DNA of 64,000 bases from contig JAYOSV010000019.1 of NCBI GenBank assembly GCA_038139415.1, positions 1,467 to 65,466 on the forward strand, read 5' to 3'. The notes under the pieces are model-generated. The model was not told the origin of the DNA, made no database searches, and saw nothing but the letters and a program-made list of their open reading frames with translations. Below are positions 1-11,200 of the stretch, one piece after another. The position numbers and the translations under genes are program-made. The stretch's first letter is position 1. The number at the start of each line of letters is the position of its first letter. The stretch is from Verrucomicrobiales bacterium. GTDB taxonomy: Bacteria > Verrucomicrobiota > Verrucomicrobiia > Limisphaerales > UBA1100.

Positions 1-161
1 TGTGGCTCGGCTGCGAACTGCGTGACCTTGAATCCGTCGGGCAGCGTCATGCGCGCGGTAGCCTGTTCCGGGGTGTATGCGGGCGGTTTGGAAGAGGATT
101 TTTGAGCCACGGCCGGCAGGGCAATGGCCCACGAGAGGGCAATCCATGAGAGGGCTTTCAT
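1..161 (-). CDS. N-terminal part of a secreted PVC-type dehydrogenase/heme-binding protein (runs off the window edge)
   Basis: Manual translation from ATG at 161: MKALSWIALSWAIALPAVAQ...PEQATARMTLPDGFKVTQFAAEP; signal peptide plus the PxGFxVxxFAAEP motif typical of PVC-type heme-binding proteins. Confidence 0.65.
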   Translation of the reverse strand, partial: MKALSWIALSWAIALPAVAQKSSSKPPAYTPEQATARMTLPDGFKVTQFAAEP

Positions 162-254
162 GCGCGGGCAATTGTCCACGAACCTACCCCCGCCGCAAGG
201 CGAATTGTCGTGTAATTGGTTTGGAAAGTGCCGGAGCCGGTTTTACCCTCGGGC

Positions 255-461
255 ATGGCCGATGAGGATCGCATAGTGAAAATCGAGTCCGCTGTGGCGC
301 ACTTGGAGCAGCTCACCGAGACGCTAAATGAGACCGTGATTGAGCAGGATAAAACTCTGCGCCGGCTAAACCAGCAGCTCGAGCAACTAACCGAGCGCAT
401 GGCCAAAGATAATGCGGACTCCATCAAAAGCAACAACACCAAGCCCCCGCATTACCAGTAA
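255..461 (+). CDS. slyX: SlyX family protein
   Basis: MADEDRIVKIESAVAHLEQLTETLNETVIEQ coiled coil ending in KPPHY, the SlyX C-terminal signature; start moved to ATG 255. Confidence 0.85.
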   Translation: MADEDRIVKIESAVAHLEQLTETLNETVIEQDKTLRRLNQQLEQLTERMAKDNADSIKSNNTKPPHYQ

Positions 462-479
462 ACAGATTTTCTTTTCCGC

Positions 480-2027
480 TTGATTCTGGTAGCGTCCCCG
501 TCCGTGAAACAATTCACTGCCATTGCCGTCATTTGGCTGGTGACCGTTCTATCGGTTCTGGCCGATACCGTGGTCACCCAGGACGGGCAGCGCCATGAAG
601 GCGCCCTGACTCTGCAGGCGGATGGGATCCAAATCGGCATGACCCTCGTGCCGCTCAAGGACCTGCGCGAAGCCACACGTGAACTCAAGGAAATAGCCGC
701 GCCACAGGATGAACTCACCCGACTCACCGCCGACCTGATGGCGGTGAGCCAGCCGGGTGCTCTGAGCTGGAACGGCACGCTTGTTGCCGGTCGCGTGACC
801 ACCATCGATGACACCAAGGTGAGTCTGGAAAACCAGCCGCCCCAATTATTCCTCAGCACCGGCAACACCGCTGCGGTGTTTTTCACCGCCATGTCCTACC
901 ACCAACTCGATGCCCTGCGATCCCGTAACGCGGGCGTGTTGTTGAAGGGGGGCGATTTTTTTGAAGGCCGCCTGTTGGGCCTGAAGGATGGCCGGGTGGA
1001 ACTCGAATCGATTTTGTTCGGTCGCAAATCATTCGCCGTGGGGACCGAAGCCGAAGCGCTTTGGATTCGCCCGCCCAAGGTGGACCCGGCCGCCTACACC
1101 GTGCACACGCGAAACGGCTCGGTGATCCTGGCGGAATCTGTTGCGCTGACACCCGACGGCGTAGAGATCAATCAACCGCCGCTGCGCCGGCATCGCACTC
1201 CGTTGGCGGATCTGGTTCAGCTCCGGCGCGGCAATGCGGCCGATGTTGTGACGCTGGCGTGGAACCGGATTGATCAGGCCAAACCGGAGGAGAAAACCGT
1301 GCTGCTGGCCAGCGTGGCCAATGTCGGCCGCATGCTCGAGCTGCGGGCACAAGTGGCCCGTCAAGAACCCGCCCTGAAACTGGCCCAGACCAAGATGGAG
1401 TTGGTGGATAAAAAACGCGGGGACATTCGGGCCGCCAACGACGCTGCCCGGCGCGAGTCCGATCAGTTGGCAAGGGTGTGGTCCCAGCGCAATGGCGATT
1501 ATCAGCGCGTTAAATCAGTCGCCGGCACGAAAGCCAATCAACTGCGCCAAAAACAGGCCGCCGTTCGTCGTGTGCGGGCGGAGATTGATCGTTGGAGACG
1601 GCAGGTGAAACAGGAGACCACACGACTGGAGGACGCGGCGAAAGCTCTGGCCGCTGCCGCCGATAACCAACGTAACGCCGCCAAGGGTCGGCACGATGCC
1701 GCTCGCCGGAAGGTGGATCAATCTAAGCGGCAGTTGCAGTGCTCCGAACAACGGCTGGCGGAAGAGCAGAAGAAGGTGGAGGCATTTCAAAAAACAATTC
1801 AACCGGCTAAGGATCAGGAACTGGCCGCCAAAGAGATGGTGGATCAGGCCTATCGCGCCAAGGAAGCGGCCCAGGATAAACAACGCAAGGGTCTGGATGC
1901 GTGGCGCGTTGCCAATAAGAAATATTTCGAACAGCTTACCGTCCGCAATCGGTTGCAGGCGGAATATAATAAGGCGGTGCAGGAGCTGGAGCAGATTCAG
2001 CCGGCAGTGCCGGAGCCGCCGCGCTAG
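480..2027 (+). CDS. Secreted hypothetical protein with beta-rich N-terminal repeats and a long C-terminal coiled coil
   Basis: 515-aa ORF; signal-like N-terminus (true start possibly GTG 504); LLKGGDFFEGRL-type motif; A/E/K/Q/R-rich helical C-terminal half. Confidence 0.7.
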   Translation: MILVASPSVKQFTAIAVIWLVTVLSVLADTVVTQDGQRHEGALTLQADGIQIGMTLVPLKDLREATRELKEIAAPQDELTRLTADLMAVSQPGALSWNGTLVAGRVTTIDDTKVSLENQPPQLFLSTGNTAAVFFTAMSYHQLDALRSRNAGVLLKGGDFFEGRLLGLKDGRVELESILFGRKSFAVGTEAEALWIRPPKVDPAAYTVHTRNGSVILAESVALTPDGVEINQPPLRRHRTPLADLVQLRRGNAADVVTLAWNRIDQAKPEEKTVLLASVANVGRMLELRAQVARQEPALKLAQTKMELVDKKRGDIRAANDAARRESDQLARVWSQRNGDYQRVKSVAGTKANQLRQKQAAVRRVRAEIDRWRRQVKQETTRLEDAAKALAAAADNQRNAAKGRHDAARRKVDQSKRQLQCSEQRLAEEQKKVEAFQKTIQPAKDQELAAKEMVDQAYRAKEAAQDKQRKGLDAWRVANKKYFEQLTVRNRLQAEYNKAVQELEQIQPAVPEPPR

Positions 2028-2631
2028 GCGCATCCGGCACGCCATCGCGGGAGCCGGAATCAAACACTACCGTGCCCATCTTTAGCAGTCGGCGCGGGTG
2101 AATCACATGCCAAGGACCCAGTCTATCGGCCGGGCGATCCCAGCACCACGCGGCCAGTTCACTGCAGTACCAGCGATTGGAACCAGGCAGGCCAAGGATG
2201 CCTCCGAAATCGTATTTTTTGCCCAACTGCGATCTTGCTTTGGCCAGTGCGGCATCGCCGGCTTCTGGCGTCCAGCCTTTCGGCTGCACCAAGGCCACGC
2301 GATGGGACAGGGCGAGAAATTCGTCCAGTGGAGTCACGACGTTGCCGGGCCAAAGCGCCTCGATCACCACCCCGTTTTCATGATCAAGAATGGCGGAGTG
2401 CGGGAAGGCGGAGCCGGTGGCGGTGGCCACGATATCATCGCCCAGACGGTAGCCACGATTCACCAGCCACATTCCGTTTCCGCCCTTATCTTGGATGACC
2501 TGTTGCCACGACTGCACTTCCGCCTCACAGGCCGGCCCGGTGCGCCGCGCGAATCCATTCAGCCCGGCGCACCCTACAGAATGCAGCAGGATACTGAGAA
2601 GACCGAGAGTGATGAGCAGTCGGGGGTTCAT
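1936..2631 (-). CDS. YiiX/YebB-like permuted papain (NlpC/P60) cysteine hydrolase, probable lipoprotein
   Basis: Lipobox-like SVGC; HSAIL...VIEA; ARSQLGKKYDF; WYCSELA (His before Cys, permuted order). Confidence 0.8.
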   Translation of the reverse strand: MNPRLLITLGLLSILLHSVGCAGLNGFARRTGPACEAEVQSWQQVIQDKGGNGMWLVNRGYRLGDDIVATATGSAFPHSAILDHENGVVIEALWPGNVVTPLDEFLALSHRVALVQPKGWTPEAGDAALAKARSQLGKKYDFGGILGLPGSNRWYCSELAAWCWDRPADRLGPWHVIHPRRLLKMGTVVFDSGSRDGVPDAPSAAAPALPAESAPAPAPPYYIPPATDCGR

Positions 2632-2645
2632 GAGGCAGGCGGTGG

Positions 2646-2679
2646 AAAAAGGAAAGGGGCGAGTTGAGGCTCGCCCCTT
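2646..2679 (-). terminator. Intrinsic terminator-like hairpin after the DUF1080 gene
   Basis: 10-bp stem aaggggcgag/ctcgcccctt (2654-2679) followed on the minus strand by a T-rich tract. Confidence 0.6.
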
Positions 2680-2699
2680 CCGTTAGTTGGGGAATTTGA

Positions 2700-3752
2700 T
2701 TATTTGTTTTCCACGATCCACACGTTGCGGAATTGGAGCGGGTTGCCGTGGCCTTGCAGCTTGATCGGGCCGGGCGTGCCCTCGGCTTCACCGCGTGATC
2801 CGCCGGTCTTGCCGTTGATCTCCAGGTCTTTATGGATCACCACGCCGTTATGCTTCAGTGTCATGCGGGCGTTTTTGATTTTCTTGCCGTCCTTCATCAC
2901 GGCATTGGTGAACTCCACGTCGTAGGTTTGCCATTGGAGCGGCGGCAGGCACATGTTCACGATCGGATCGGCCTTGGTGTAGACGCCACCGCACTCGTTG
3001 TTTTTCCCTTCCAACCCAAACGAATCGAGGATCTGTACCTCGTAATGGTCCACCTGATAAAAGCCGCTGTTGCCCCGGCCCTGTCCGCGCGCGGCGGGCT
3101 TGAAGGGCAGCAGGAATTCAACGTGCATGGTGTAGTTTTGAAATTTGCGCGCGGTGCGGATGTCGCGCCCGTCGGTGTTCAGCAGCTTGGTCTGCTCGTC
3201 CAAACGGCCGCCCTGCCATTCGCCTTTTCCCGTGCCGTCGAACAGCACGATAGCGCCCTTGGGTGCCTTGGCCCCAAGGGAGGGGCTCTTACGTTCCAGA
3301 CGTTCCAGTTCAAAGGTTTTCTTGCCGTAGGAACCGGTGAGCTTGCCGTTTTCAATCACGGCCTTGCCTTCCTTCTGGCCCTTAGGTGGGTATTGGCTGG
3401 TGGCACTGAATTCATTCGCACGGCCACCCAGGTAACGCCGCTTGCCGATCGCGGCGGCGAATACGGCTTTGTTGCCCTGGAGCTTGCCGGTCATCAACGA
3501 CCGGTCATCCCCGCGATCCCAGCCGTCTCCCGGCAGGCCACCCGGGTACACTACGAGTTGAAACTCGCCGCCGCCCAGCGCGATCACCTGCGCGCCAATG
3601 TCGCAGCCGCATGAAAGGTCGCCAATATATTCACCCTGGATTTTAAAATCCGTGGGCAACGTTTTGTCTTTCGCGTTCGTCCACAGACCTGGGGCGGCAA
3701 CGGTGTTCAGGCCCAGGGTGAGGCCAAAGAGAAGCAGTGTCTTTTTCATCAT
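2700..3752 (-). CDS. DUF1080 (3-keto-disaccharide hydrolase-like) protein
   Basis: Signal peptide; LFDG, GNSGFY, YEVQILDS, WQTYDV, GPIKLQGHGNPLQFRNVWI motifs. Confidence 0.85.
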   Translation of the reverse strand: MMKKTLLLFGLTLGLNTVAAPGLWTNAKDKTLPTDFKIQGEYIGDLSCGCDIGAQVIALGGGEFQLVVYPGGLPGDGWDRGDDRSLMTGKLQGNKAVFAAAIGKRRYLGGRANEFSATSQYPPKGQKEGKAVIENGKLTGSYGKKTFELERLERKSPSLGAKAPKGAIVLFDGTGKGEWQGGRLDEQTKLLNTDGRDIRTARKFQNYTMHVEFLLPFKPAARGQGRGNSGFYQVDHYEVQILDSFGLEGKNNECGGVYTKADPIVNMCLPPLQWQTYDVEFTNAVMKDGKKIKNARMTLKHNGVVIHKDLEINGKTGGSRGEAEGTPGPIKLQGHGNPLQFRNVWIVENK

Positions 3753-3914
3753 TTGCGTGGAGAAAAGTTTAGCGGCCTTGGGGCGTTTGACAAGCCGCGT
3801 TACCGTATCAACGCTTCAGCGTTCAACGCCCGGCCAATGACCAAACCAATGTCACGTGTGCCGCCGGTTACCAAAGCGGTTTGGTCGGTGAAACGCATCC
3901 GAATGCGCGGAAAA

Positions 3915-5360
3915 CTACGCGAGGATTTCCTTCACCACGCGTCCGTGTACATCGGTCAGCCGGAAATCGCGCCCGTCGTAACGGTAGGTGAGTTTTTCGT
4001 GGTCGAGGCCGAGTTGGTGTAGGATGGTGGCGTGCAGGTCGTGCATGTGCACCTTGCCGTCCACGGCGTGGTGGCCGTATTCGTCGGTGCCACCGTAAGC
4101 AAGCCCCTTCTTGAAACCGCCGCCGGCAAGGCACACGGTGAAGCCATCGGGGTTATGGTCGCGGCCGGTACCCTTGTTCTGGGCGTACGGCGTTCGGCCG
4201 AATTCGCTTCCCCACCAGACGATGGTATCATCCAGCAACCCGCGCTGCTTGAGGTCGGTCAGCAACGCGCCGACCGGCTGGTCGGTGGCCTTAGCATGCT
4301 CCATGTGCTTAGGCATGTTGGAGTGCTGATCCCACGAGGGATTGTTGCCGTTGTCGGTGTAATTTACCTGAATGTAGCGCACCCCGGCTTCGCTCAGGCG
4401 CCGGGCCATCAGGCAGTAACGGCCAAAGTTATCGGTCGGCTGCTTGTTGATCCCGTACATCTCCAGCGTCTTGGAATCTTCATCAGCCAGATCGAGAATC
4501 TCCGGCGCGTTGTTTTGCATGCGCCACGCCAGCTCGAAGGAGCCGATCACCGCATCAAGTTCGTCATCGCCGGGGCGGCGTTTGGCTTGTTCGGCGTTGA
4601 TGGCGCGCAACAGGTCAAACTGTCGGGCCTGCGCCTTGGGATCCGTGCTGGACGCCGTGATATTTTTGATCGTGGCATCCTTGGCCGGAATGCCGGCGCG
4701 GCCCAGTGGGGTGCCCTGATAGGCTGCGGGTAAAAAGGCGTTGCTGTAATTGCGCGGACCGCCATTGCCCATCGAGGGGCCGATGCTCACGAAGCCCGGC
4801 AGATTTTCATTCTCGGTGCCGAGTCCGTAATTGACCCACGCCCCCATGCTCGGGCGAATGAGATTGATCGTGCCCGAGTGCATGAATAGCGTGCTCGGGC
4901 CGTGCGCCACGCCCTCAGTGTGCATGCCCTTGAGCAGGCAGAGATCATCCACATGCTGGGCCATGTGCGGGAACAGCTCGCTCACAGGCTGGCCACATTG
5001 GCCGTAATTCTGGAAATCCCACAGTGGCTTCTTAACGCGGTGCTCTACGATCTTGCGCGTCTTGGCCAGCGTCCGGGCATCATCGAAGCGTACCATCTTG
5101 CCGTCGTCATCAAACAGCTTCTGCTTGTAGTCGAACGAATCCACATGGCTCACGCCGCCGGCCATGAAGAGAAAAATCACGCGCTTTGCCTTGGGCGCAT
5201 GATGCACCAGCTTGGGGGCCAGCGGATTATCCGCCGCCGCCACCCGATGCGCCATCGCACGCGCGGCCATCGCCCCAAAGCCACACGCCATGGATTGCAG
5301 GGCGCTGCGGCGATTGACGGGATTGTGAAACAGATCGTTCATGGATGAATTGGACGTCAT
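3915..5360 (-). CDS. DUF1501 family protein (Tat-exported, sulfatase-associated)
   Basis: NRRSALQ Tat motif; KAKRVIFLFMAGGVSHVDSFDYK; WDQH; EFGRTP; GRDH; RLTDVHG. Confidence 0.9.
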   Translation of the reverse strand: MTSNSSMNDLFHNPVNRRSALQSMACGFGAMAARAMAHRVAAADNPLAPKLVHHAPKAKRVIFLFMAGGVSHVDSFDYKQKLFDDDGKMVRFDDARTLAKTRKIVEHRVKKPLWDFQNYGQCGQPVSELFPHMAQHVDDLCLLKGMHTEGVAHGPSTLFMHSGTINLIRPSMGAWVNYGLGTENENLPGFVSIGPSMGNGGPRNYSNAFLPAAYQGTPLGRAGIPAKDATIKNITASSTDPKAQARQFDLLRAINAEQAKRRPGDDELDAVIGSFELAWRMQNNAPEILDLADEDSKTLEMYGINKQPTDNFGRYCLMARRLSEAGVRYIQVNYTDNGNNPSWDQHSNMPKHMEHAKATDQPVGALLTDLKQRGLLDDTIVWWGSEFGRTPYAQNKGTGRDHNPDGFTVCLAGGGFKKGLAYGGTDEYGHHAVDGKVHMHDLHATILHQLGLDHEKLTYRYDGRDFRLTDVHGRVVKEILA

Positions 5361-5397
5361 TTCGACGCAAATATTCTGACCTTTTTGAGAGGTGGGA

Positions 5398-8211
5398 TCA
5401 AGCCTCGGCGTCCATTAAATCCGATGATATGGCCGGTTTGCGTGTAATCCACAATCCGCACAACCCGACGATTAAACAGCCAATGATCAAAATTGTGGAA
5501 GGTTTTGAAATAAAACTACGGTTCCGATAAAGAAAATCGATTTTTCGGGGTTGATCACTGGCGGCTAAAAACACACCCCTTCCCATACCGTTAGCCTGAT
5601 GGATAAGGGTTGGTTTGCCGTTCACGGTCGCACGCCAGTCTGGATGAAATTGGTCGTTGAGTAAAAGGATGGCGGCGTAATCGGTAGGAGCGATTTTAAG
5701 TGAAATATGGGATGGCGAATCTTTCGTGAACACCGGCTCAGGTAAGTTCAAGGTTTGTGAGGGTTGTTCCGGCGAAGGGATATCTTCGGTTGCCAGGACA
5801 ACACGCTGATGTGGATTGAAACCAGGGCTGAAAAGGATGGATGAGAGGCTGTCCGGAGAGGTTTCTGATTGCCAGTCAGCAAAAAGTTTTGCTCGGGGTA
5901 ATGCTCCCGAGAATTCCATCAAACAAATATCGGATTGTTGTGTTTCTAAGCTAGGCTGGATTTCCAATTTGGAGTCTTCGAGAGAATTGGAAGCTGCCAA
6001 ATTGTAGTGGGAATGGGAATGGAAACGACGTTCGATTGGGTCCAATTCCTTGTTCAGTAAATTTTGGTACACGGGGAGTCCATTGAATCGGAAATAAGAT
6101 TGCACTTCGTTTGAAAAAAATGAAGAGCCCGAATGGCTTAGCAGATAGCGAGTGCTGGTTAATTCCCAATACCTGAGAAGCTGGCGCAATGATTCCTGAT
6201 AAGAACGGTTGCGGTCTTTAGGTTCAAGTAGGTCGGAAGAGACGCCGCGGTGAATTTCTTGGTCGGCAAACGCGGCAAAATTTAATGCTGAAAATCTATT
6301 GGCGACTTGTTTGGAGAGGGTCGATCTAAGCAGTATTTGTTCGCGAGCTTTTGTGGATTGGATGATGAAATCTATTAAAGGACCGTTGCCCGCAGATTTG
6401 ATGAATGCTTGGCCGCCGGGCAATTTCTGGATTTCCAACAGCGCATTTTCTCGAGATTGATCATCTTGTGTACTCAGAATAATTGCAGCCCTGTCCTTGA
6501 AGGCCTTAATGAATGTGGGCTCATTATAGAAATCTAGCGCCTTGATGAAATCGTTGGCTATTTGAATGGCAGCGGCGTCCCAACTTGTATCAATTGCATT
6601 CTCTCGATTCCTTTTGAACGACAAACTGAGCAATAATTCATCCACAGGATGCTCGATGGGTTTTTGTTCTGTGCCCGGAGAAGGTAGGTGGAAATCATTG
6701 AGTATCCCCAGCCTGCCCAAGTGAACTTGGCCATTCAGTTGAGTGGCGATGTGTTTTTCTGAAGTGGATTCGTCAATGGAGCTGAAGCTTACAAACGGGG
6801 CTCCGGCAAAAAGTAAATCGCCGCAAAGAATGATTCCAATCAGGCTAAGTGCCCATTTTCTTGTTGGTGGAGACCATTGCCGGAAGCTCAAGGCAACGAG
6901 AGTTGTAACTGAAAGAAATAGGGAAACGACAGCAACGCCCAGTCGCCAGTGTTTTTCGGCAAAGCGGTCTGCTTCGAGTTCCTGATGAACCTCATGGGCC
7001 TGTTCCATCGAACCGTATCCAACGAACCCAAGTGCGGCGAGCCCAAGTAACCCGAGAAAACCCATTCGCCAAGTGGAGTTAAATCCCCCGCCACCAAAAC
7101 TTCGGGACTGTGCATGTTCATCGCTGTCTATCCAATTGGAGAATGATTTGATTCCGAGCGCACATAGCAGGACAAAAGAAACCGAAGTGATGACGATAAA
7201 TTGAGATATCCATAAAGTTCCGGCGAGGCTGAGGATTGTGGTGGTTGACAGAAATTTGACCAAATATTTTTCCCGTGAGCTTATCGTATTATTATTTCTG
7301 AACGCATGAACCAATGCCCATAATGATAGCAGCAGTGTCATCATACCTATGTGAGCACTACCGCTGCTAAGCGTGCCGTGGTGAGCTGTCCCTCCCAAAG
7401 AATCCTGTCGGTATCCATTAAACCCCCCGATGGGGATGGTAGCCCAATCGGTTGGCTGTAATGCGAAGGCCTTAGGAGGGTTATATTGTGAATTATCTAT
7501 TTCGGAAGCAAACGTGATTATTCCGGCAAGGCACGCAATGGCCGCAGTCTTGAATAGTAACTGTTTGTCGAGGCCTTGTTTTTCATGGTGTGTGTGTGCA
7601 ATCAGAATACCCAGGATGAGGGTTGTGACTACGATTGGAATACCAACAGTTACCCCGGTTTCAATGATGCCGATGCCTAACACTAGGCCGGTCAAAACGA
7701 TTTTGGGCCACCCCATTTTCGCACCAAGGAACAATCCAAAAGTGATGAATGCAACGCCCCCCAAAACGGCAATGCCGATGGAATGCTCCATGACAGTTGT
7801 AAAAAAAACTCCGCTGAATGTGGCGGCAATTGTTGCGATGCCGCATTGCCATGTATTTCCGTTTAGTTGGCGGATGCAATACCAGGCAGATGCCCCTAGG
7901 AACAACAGGGAAACCAGAGGGAGATAGTTTGCGAAATTAGCAGCTGGATCTCCTGTTACTTTGGCTAACTCAGCAAAGGCACCGGTGATTCCTGGAGGAA
8001 GTTGGGCTTCGGGTTGGCCTAGACCCAAGTGGGCGTTCCATCCATTATTTTCAAAATGATAGTCCCAATCGGTGAGAGTTCGGTTATGTGTCTGTAGAAA
8101 AGCGCTTCCGGTGAAGATCGGCCAAATCAAAATAGAAATTAAAACAAAAAGAACAGCGATGACAGCGAAGAAGGAAGCCCTGCCATTACGTGTGCTTGAT
8201 GATGAATCCAT
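5398..8211 (-). CDS. Large polytopic membrane protein, YfhO-like (GT-C-type glycosyltransferase candidate)
   Basis: Many TM segments; C-terminal LLLNDQFHPDWRATVNGKPTLIHQANGMGRGVFL resembles the YfhO C-terminus. Confidence 0.6.
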   Translation of the reverse strand: MDSSSSTRNGRASFFAVIAVLFVLISILIWPIFTGSAFLQTHNRTLTDWDYHFENNGWNAHLGLGQPEAQLPPGITGAFAELAKVTGDPAANFANYLPLVSLLFLGASAWYCIRQLNGNTWQCGIATIAATFSGVFFTTVMEHSIGIAVLGGVAFITFGLFLGAKMGWPKIVLTGLVLGIGIIETGVTVGIPIVVTTLILGILIAHTHHEKQGLDKQLLFKTAAIACLAGIITFASEIDNSQYNPPKAFALQPTDWATIPIGGFNGYRQDSLGGTAHHGTLSSGSAHIGMMTLLLSLWALVHAFRNNNTISSREKYLVKFLSTTTILSLAGTLWISQFIVITSVSFVLLCALGIKSFSNWIDSDEHAQSRSFGGGGFNSTWRMGFLGLLGLAALGFVGYGSMEQAHEVHQELEADRFAEKHWRLGVAVVSLFLSVTTLVALSFRQWSPPTRKWALSLIGIILCGDLLFAGAPFVSFSSIDESTSEKHIATQLNGQVHLGRLGILNDFHLPSPGTEQKPIEHPVDELLLSLSFKRNRENAIDTSWDAAAIQIANDFIKALDFYNEPTFIKAFKDRAAIILSTQDDQSRENALLEIQKLPGGQAFIKSAGNGPLIDFIIQSTKAREQILLRSTLSKQVANRFSALNFAAFADQEIHRGVSSDLLEPKDRNRSYQESLRQLLRYWELTSTRYLLSHSGSSFFSNEVQSYFRFNGLPVYQNLLNKELDPIERRFHSHSHYNLAASNSLEDSKLEIQPSLETQQSDICLMEFSGALPRAKLFADWQSETSPDSLSSILFSPGFNPHQRVVLATEDIPSPEQPSQTLNLPEPVFTKDSPSHISLKIAPTDYAAILLLNDQFHPDWRATVNGKPTLIHQANGMGRGVFLAASDQPRKIDFLYRNRSFISKPSTILIIGCLIVGLCGLWITRKPAISSDLMDAEA

Positions 8212-8281
8212 GACGGTTTGAGGTAGCAGAATTGGGGCTACGGATAAAGCGAATTGTCTTTTTGGATGGGTGCGTTAGGTT

Positions 8282-11200
8282 TTGTGCATGAGGATTGATG
8301 GTTTTGTGATTTTGCATTTACGCTTATTGGGCGTGATCGGCTGCATGGTGTGGTGGCATGCCAGCGCAGTGGCGGAGGTGAAGGTATCGCCGCTTGTAGT
8401 TCCTAAGCAGGGTAAAACCGGTTACCAACTATTAAGCGTAAAAGAGACTGGACTCTATCCCAAAGGGAAATATGTGGGGATCAAAAATGAGTTTGTTCGT
8501 GATACCGGTAACTCGGGTTTGGCGGCGGGGGATATCAATGGGGACGGTTTGGTGGATCTGTTTGTCTGCGGCATGGAAAAAGCAAACGCGTTGTACTTAA
8601 ATCGAGGAAATTGGAAGTTTGAAGATATTACAGAAAACGCTGGTGTGGCTTGTCGTGGATGGCGGTTGAGCGGGGCACTTTTTAGTGATACGGATGCAGA
8701 TGGGGATCTGGATTTGATCCTTACTTCGTTGCGTGACGGCCGGGATTTTCTCTTCATCAATGATGGCCATGGAAAATTCTCCGAAAATTTGGAGACCCAA
8801 TGGGTGTTTAGCCCTCGTGGGGGAAGTGTGGGGGCGGCAACGGCGGATGTGGATGGGGATGGGGATATCGATATTTACATGTCACGCTTTCTTAAAATGT
8901 TTCCCAAGGCCGAAGTTGGGCCAGAGGCATTGAGGCGAATTGAGGCGGCTGGAGCTCAGGCTCGTCGTGAAGGGAAGCCGATGCCAAAAGATTGGCTGAA
9001 ATATTATTCGTGGCGTAAAAAATTTATCACAGCCGAGCGGGAAGGATTGCAAATGGAACAGCACCATTTGCCGGATGTACTGTATTTGAACGATGGGAAT
9101 GGGGAATTCCGTCCGGTGACTGATCAGGAAAATCGATTTCGGGATTTCATGGGGCGTCCCATTCCAATGCCGCGAGACCCGAGTCATGAGGCGGCATTCA
9201 GGGATGTGGATGGAGATGGGGACCCAGATTTATATGTGTGTTCGGATTTCAATTGGGAGGACCGGTTTTATTTGAACGATGGGCAGGGGCGGTTTACGGA
9301 AGTCCCGCCATTGTCTCTGCGTCGAACGAGCCAATTTTCCATGGGGTTGGATTTTTCTGACATCAATCGGGATGGTCATTTGGATTTTCTTACGGTTGAT
9401 ATGCTGAGCCGGTCTCATAAGCGGCGAAAAACCCAGATGGGAATGATGCAGGTTACGGAAACGGTAATCGGCTTGTATCGGGATCGCCCTCAAATCATGC
9501 AGAACACGTTGCAGTTGAATCGGGGTGATGGAACTTGGGCGGAGATCGCGCAGTTTGCGGGAGTTAAAGCATCTGAATGGTCTTGGGGTGTTTCATTTAC
9601 CGATGTGGATTTGGATGGATACGAGGATCTTATTGTGGCAACCGGTATGATTCGGGATTTTATGGATTCGGATACCTCCATTCAAATTGAGGAATCCGGA
9701 CAGGGTAATACACGGGAAGGGCTGATGATTGCCAATAGCCTTTATCCGGATTTGCCCACCCGAAACGTGGTTTACCGAAATAAAGGGGATTTGACGTTTG
9801 AGTATGTGAGCGAAGATTGGGGGATAGATACCGAGGAGATTTCCGGCGGCCTGGCTCATGCGGATTTTGATGGAGACGGAGATTTGGATCTCATTTTTAA
9901 TAACATTGGTCCGCTTGAAATATACCGAAACGAAACCGTCGCACCGCGAATCGCGGTAAGACTTATCGGTGCCGGAAAAAATACTCAGGCGATCGGGTGC
10001 AAGGTACGATTGATTGGAGGGCCCGGAGGGGACATTCCGCTGGAGCAGGAAATTCATAGTGCTGGCGGCTACGCTTCGGGCAGTGATCCATTGGCAGTGT
10101 TTGGCACGGGTAAAATCACCGAAGGGCTAAAGCTAGAAATAATCTGGCGGCACCGAAGTCGGTTAACTCGGCAGGTGATTGACGACGTGAAACCCAACCA
10201 TCTGTATAAAGTTGTTCAACAAAACTCAACGGCAGCTCCATATGTGCCCGAGCTTGAGGAGCCAGTGGAATCACTCTTTGTGGATGATCAGGAAAAACTG
10301 GCGATCGAACATCCGGATGATTCCAATGTACGGGTGATGGTGGGGCATGGCGATTCACCGTTTGATGATTTTAAATACCAATCCTTGCTTCCCAACCGCC
10401 TGAGCCAACTTGGTCCGGGTGTGGCATGGGCCGACTTGGATGAGGATGGATATGAAGATTTAATCATTGGGGCAGGCAGGGAAATGTCTCAATTGGTATA
10501 CTATGGGCGGCCTAACGGGGAATTTTTGTTTCAGAAAGGGCCCCGTGCAGATTTGGATCAAACCGGGGTTCTCGCTTGGGTTCCGAAGGCCGGAAAGAAG
10601 CCTCAGATTTTGACCGGTTACTCTAATTACGAACAACCAGACGAGCAATTTATGCAACCGCCTTTGGCGAGGATATATAATCCTGCTCAGCAAATGAGTG
10701 TGGTTTCCACCCTCTCTGGCCAGCAATCCACAATCGGCCCTATGGCTATGGCGGATGTGGATGGGGATGGCGATTTGGATTTGTTTGTGGGAGGAAGAAC
10801 CGTCCCCCAACGCTATCCAGAGCCGGCCGATTCATTGTTGTATATCAATCAGGATGGACGGCTCGTTCTGAATGAAGAACAATCAAAGTCCTTGAAAAAA
10901 TTGGGGTTGGTAAGTGGCGCCGTCTTTGGTGACTTAGATTTGGATGGAGACCCGGACCTTGTGCTGGCTCGGGAATGGGGTTCCATTATGGTGCTTCAGA
11001 ATGACTCCGGAAAGCTGGTGGACGCCACGGAGGCATATGGCTTGGCCCCATATCAGGGATGGTGGAACAGCGTGGGTTTGGGGGATCTCGATGGGGATGG
11101 CCGTTTGGATATCGTTGCCGGGAACTGGGGTAACAATAGTAAGTACGAAGGTGCATACACATTTCAGGAAGCCCTGAGAATTTCGTATGGTGACTTTGAT

